A stretch of 64,000 nucleotides of DNA from Pirellulales bacterium. GTDB taxonomy: Bacteria; Planctomycetota; Planctomycetia; Pirellulales; UBA1268. The notes under the pieces are model-generated. The model was not told where the DNA came from, searched no databases, and saw nothing but the letters and a program-made list of their open reading frames with translations. Location of the stretch: the NCBI GenBank assembly GCA_044370415.1, contig JBILVO010000005.1, positions 2,395 to 66,394 on the forward strand, given 5' to 3'. Below are positions 61,799-64,000 of the stretch, piece by piece (position 1 is the stretch's first letter; each line of letters opens with the position of its first letter). The translations under genes and the position numbers were made by a program.

Positions 61799-62188
61799 AT
61801 GGCAGCGCGGGACGCAGGTGACGGGCGGGACGCCCTCGGCCGTCGCGGTGAGGCCGAGGCCGAGAAGCACCTGCGCGGGCTTGGCTACCGGATCGTCGGC
61901 CGCCGCGAGCGGGTGCTGCGCGGCGACATCGACCTGGTCGCTGTCGACGGACGCACCGTCGTGTTCGTCGAGGTCCGGTCGCGGACCGGCACGGAGCACG
62001 GGCATCCGGCGGAGACGGTGGGGCCGCAGAAGCAGCGGCGGATCGCCGAACTGGCGACCGCTTACATCCGCCGCCACCGGCTCGAGGACTGCCAGGTGCG
62101 GGTCGACGTCGTCACCGTGACGTTCGACGCCGCCGGCGGGCTTCCGATCGTCGAGCACTTCCAGAACGCCTTCGACAGTCCCTGGTGA
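61799..62188 (+). CDS. yraN: YraN family (UPF0102) endonuclease-like protein
   Basis: It has GRRGEAEAEKHLRGLGYRIVGRR...GDIDLVAVDGRTVVFVEVRSR. Confidence 0.85.
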   Translation: MAARDAGDGRDALGRRGEAEAEKHLRGLGYRIVGRRERVLRGDIDLVAVDGRTVVFVEVRSRTGTEHGHPAETVGPQKQRRIAELATAYIRRHRLEDCQVRVDVVTVTFDAAGGLPIVEHFQNAFDSPW

Positions 62189-62281
62189 GCGGCTGGAGGC
62201 TACGATTCCGAGCCGTCGTCCGAGTCGCGGGGGCGAGGGCGCCGTCCGCACCGTGCCGGCGCCCCCCGTCGTGGAGCCGCC

Positions 62282-64000
62282 ATGTTCCTTGCCGATCTGC
62301 TCGTCGTGTTCGCGGTGACCGCCGTGGTGGTCTTCGCGTTCGGCAGATTGCACGTTCCGAGCGTCGTGGGGCTGCTGGCGTCGGGCCTGGTGGTCGGGCC
62401 GTACGGGCTGTCGCTCGTAGCCGACATCGAGAGCGTGCGGACGCTGGCGGAGGTGGGCATCGTCGTGCTTCTGTTCACTGTCGGCCTCGAGATCTCGCTG
62501 TCACGATTGCTGGTGATGGTGCCGCTGATGCTGCACATCGGCCTTCCGCAGGTTGCCGTCACGACCGCGATCGTGACGGTGGCGACCTGGTGGTACCTGG
62601 GCACGTTGCCGCAGGCCATATTCGCGGGTCTCCTGGTCGCGATGTCGAGCACGGCGATCGCGTTGAAGATGCTCGGCGACCGCGGGGAAACCGGATCGCC
62701 CCATGGGCGGATCGCCGTGGCCGTGCTGCTGCTGCAGGATCTCCTCGTCGTGGCGGTGATGCTCGCGGTTCCCCTGCTGGCAGCCAGTGCGGGTGTCGCG
62801 CCGCATGGCGTCCCGAACGGTGCCGCCGCAGGGCATGCGACGTCGCCGTTCACCGCGTCCCCCGCGGGCGTACTGACCGGGCTGGCGGTGGTGGCGGCGC
62901 TGCTGGTCACCGGACGGGCGGCGGTGCCCGTCGTACTGCATCAGGTCGTGCGGACACGCAATCGCGAACTCTTCCTGATCACCATCGTACTCATCTGTCT
63001 CGGCACCGCGGCGCTCACGGCGCAGGTGGGCCTGTCGCTGGCGCTGGGTGCGTTCCTCGCGGGGCTCATGCTGTCGGAAAGCGAATACGGCCACCAGGCG
63101 TTTACCGAGGTGCTTCCGTTCCGAGACACGCTCGCCAGCCTGTTTTTCGTCTCCGTCGGGATGCTGCTTGACATCCGCTTTCTCGCTGCCAACGCGGGGC
63201 TCGTCGCCGTCACCGTCGCGGCGATCGTCTTGGCAAAAACGCTGGCCACCGCGGTGCCCGCGGCCTTGGCCGGCTTCCCGCCGCGAACCGGCCTGCTGGC
63301 GGGGGCGGCGATCGCGCAGGTCGGTGAGTTCTCCTTCGTGCTTGGAGCACGCGGTGTCGAGGTCGGGCTCCTCGACGCCCGCGACCACCAGACGTTCCTG
63401 GCGGCCGCGGTGGCGACGATGGCGGTCACTCCACTGGTATCGGCGGCCCTGCCCGCCTGGCTCGAGCGGCTCGGACGGCTTCCGGAACTGGACGGCTGGC
63501 TCCGCGAGCCGGCGCCGGATGCGGGACGAACCGAGGTGACGGGCCACGTCGTGATCGCTGGCTTCGGCCTCAACGGCAGGAACCTGGCCGCAGGGCTGGC
63601 GGAGTGTGGCGTGCCGCACGTCGTCTTCGACCTCAACCCGCAGACGGTCCGCACGTATCTGGCCAGAGGCGTCGACATCCGCTTTGGTGACTGCACCCGC
63701 GCTGCCGTACTCGAGCACGGGGGTTTACTGCGGGCCCGAGCCCTGGTGGTAGCGATCTCCGACCCCGCGAGCACGCGGCGCAGCGTCAGTGCGGCCCGTG
63801 CGCTCGCCCCCGGCGTGCGCATCATTGTCCGCACCGAGCACGCGGCCGAGGTGGACGACCTGGTGGCGCTCGGCGCCGACGAGGTCGTTCCTGCGGAATT
63901 CGAGACTGCGGTGTCGATTTTCGAACGGGTGCTCGACCTCTACGACGTGCCAGATGCGACGATCGACGAGTTTGCCACCCGGCTGCGCTTGGAAAACTAC
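62282..64000 (+). CDS. Kef-type monovalent cation:proton antiporter (CPA2) with a C-terminal TrkA-N/RCK domain, 3'-truncated by the window edge
   Basis: This gene is not in the ORF track because it has no stop in the window. I translated frame 2 by hand from ATG 62282 (GGAG upstream) and it stays open to 64000. It has SSTAIALKML, LLLQDL, GAFLAGLMLSESEY and HVVIAGFGLNGRNLA (Rossmann). Confidence 0.85.
   Translation, partial: MFLADLLVVFAVTAVVVFAFGRLHVPSVVGLLASGLVVGPYGLSLVADIESVRTLAEVGIVVLLFTVGLEISLSRLLVMVPLMLHIGLPQVAVTTAIVTVATWWYLGTLPQAIFAGLLVAMSSTAIALKMLGDRGETGSPHGRIAVAVLLLQDLLVVAVMLAVPLLAASAGVAPHGVPNGAAAGHATSPFTASPAGVLTGLAVVAALLVTGRAAVPVVLHQVVRTRNRELFLITIVLICLGTAALTAQVGLSLALGAFLAGLMLSESEYGHQAFTEVLPFRDTLASLFFVSVGMLLDIRFLAANAGLVAVTVAAIVLAKTLATAVPAALAGFPPRTGLLAGAAIAQVGEFSFVLGARGVEVGLLDARDHQTFLAAAVATMAVTPLVSAALPAWLERLGRLPELDGWLREPAPDAGRTEVTGHVVIAGFGLNGRNLAAGLAECGVPHVVFDLNPQTVRTYLARGVDIRFGDCTRAAVLEHGGLLRARALVVAISDPASTRRSVSAARALAPGVRIIVRTEHAAEVDDLVALGADEVVPAEFETAVSIFERVLDLYDVPDATIDEFATRLRLENY

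Overview
High-GC (roughly 70% by eye), gene-dense chromosomal window. I call 56 protein-coding genes and find no rRNA, tRNA, CRISPR array, transposase or integrase. The content points to Planctomycetota, probably Pirellulales-like. It has two DUF1559 prepilin-like proteins with the H-X9-DG motif, a YTV-repeat protein, a DUF1080 protein, a Cys-type sulfatase, large secreted Ig-repeat and AsmA-like proteins, and an exosortase system. Housekeeping blocks are birA, rlmM, ino1, an aminotransferase, mobA, bioF, sucCD, lutABC (split), lnt, ffh-rpsP-trmD-rplS-yraN and a Kef-type antiporter that runs off the 3' end. About half the window is cell-envelope or glycan accessory content. The most interesting items follow. 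(1) A PilB/GspE-type secretion ATPase with three N-terminal TM helices is paired with a CvpA-like/cadherin-like membrane protein. The pair sits antisense between lutA and lutBC. (2) A 20-codon polylysine (all AAG) ORF has a strong SD, an A/T-rich promoter region and an intrinsic terminator just upstream of rlmM. (3) An exosortase E/CPBP-protease fusion sits next to a VPEID-CTERM-type substrate gene of visibly lower GC. (4) A two-gene cassette (DUF1559 pseudopilin-like protein followed by a small secreted protein) occurs twice. (5) A polyprenyl-phosphate-sugar/GT-C glycosylation locus lies beside an Ig-repeat surface protein, with eukaryote-type GT69- and GT90-like glycosyltransferases and a sulfotransferase nearby. 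(6) Several short tandem repeats sit in intergenic control regions. All homology calls rest on motifs I recognise in the translated ORFs. No database search was possible. Many start codons are uncertain because high GC extends ORFs upstream and creates long spurious antisense ORFs.
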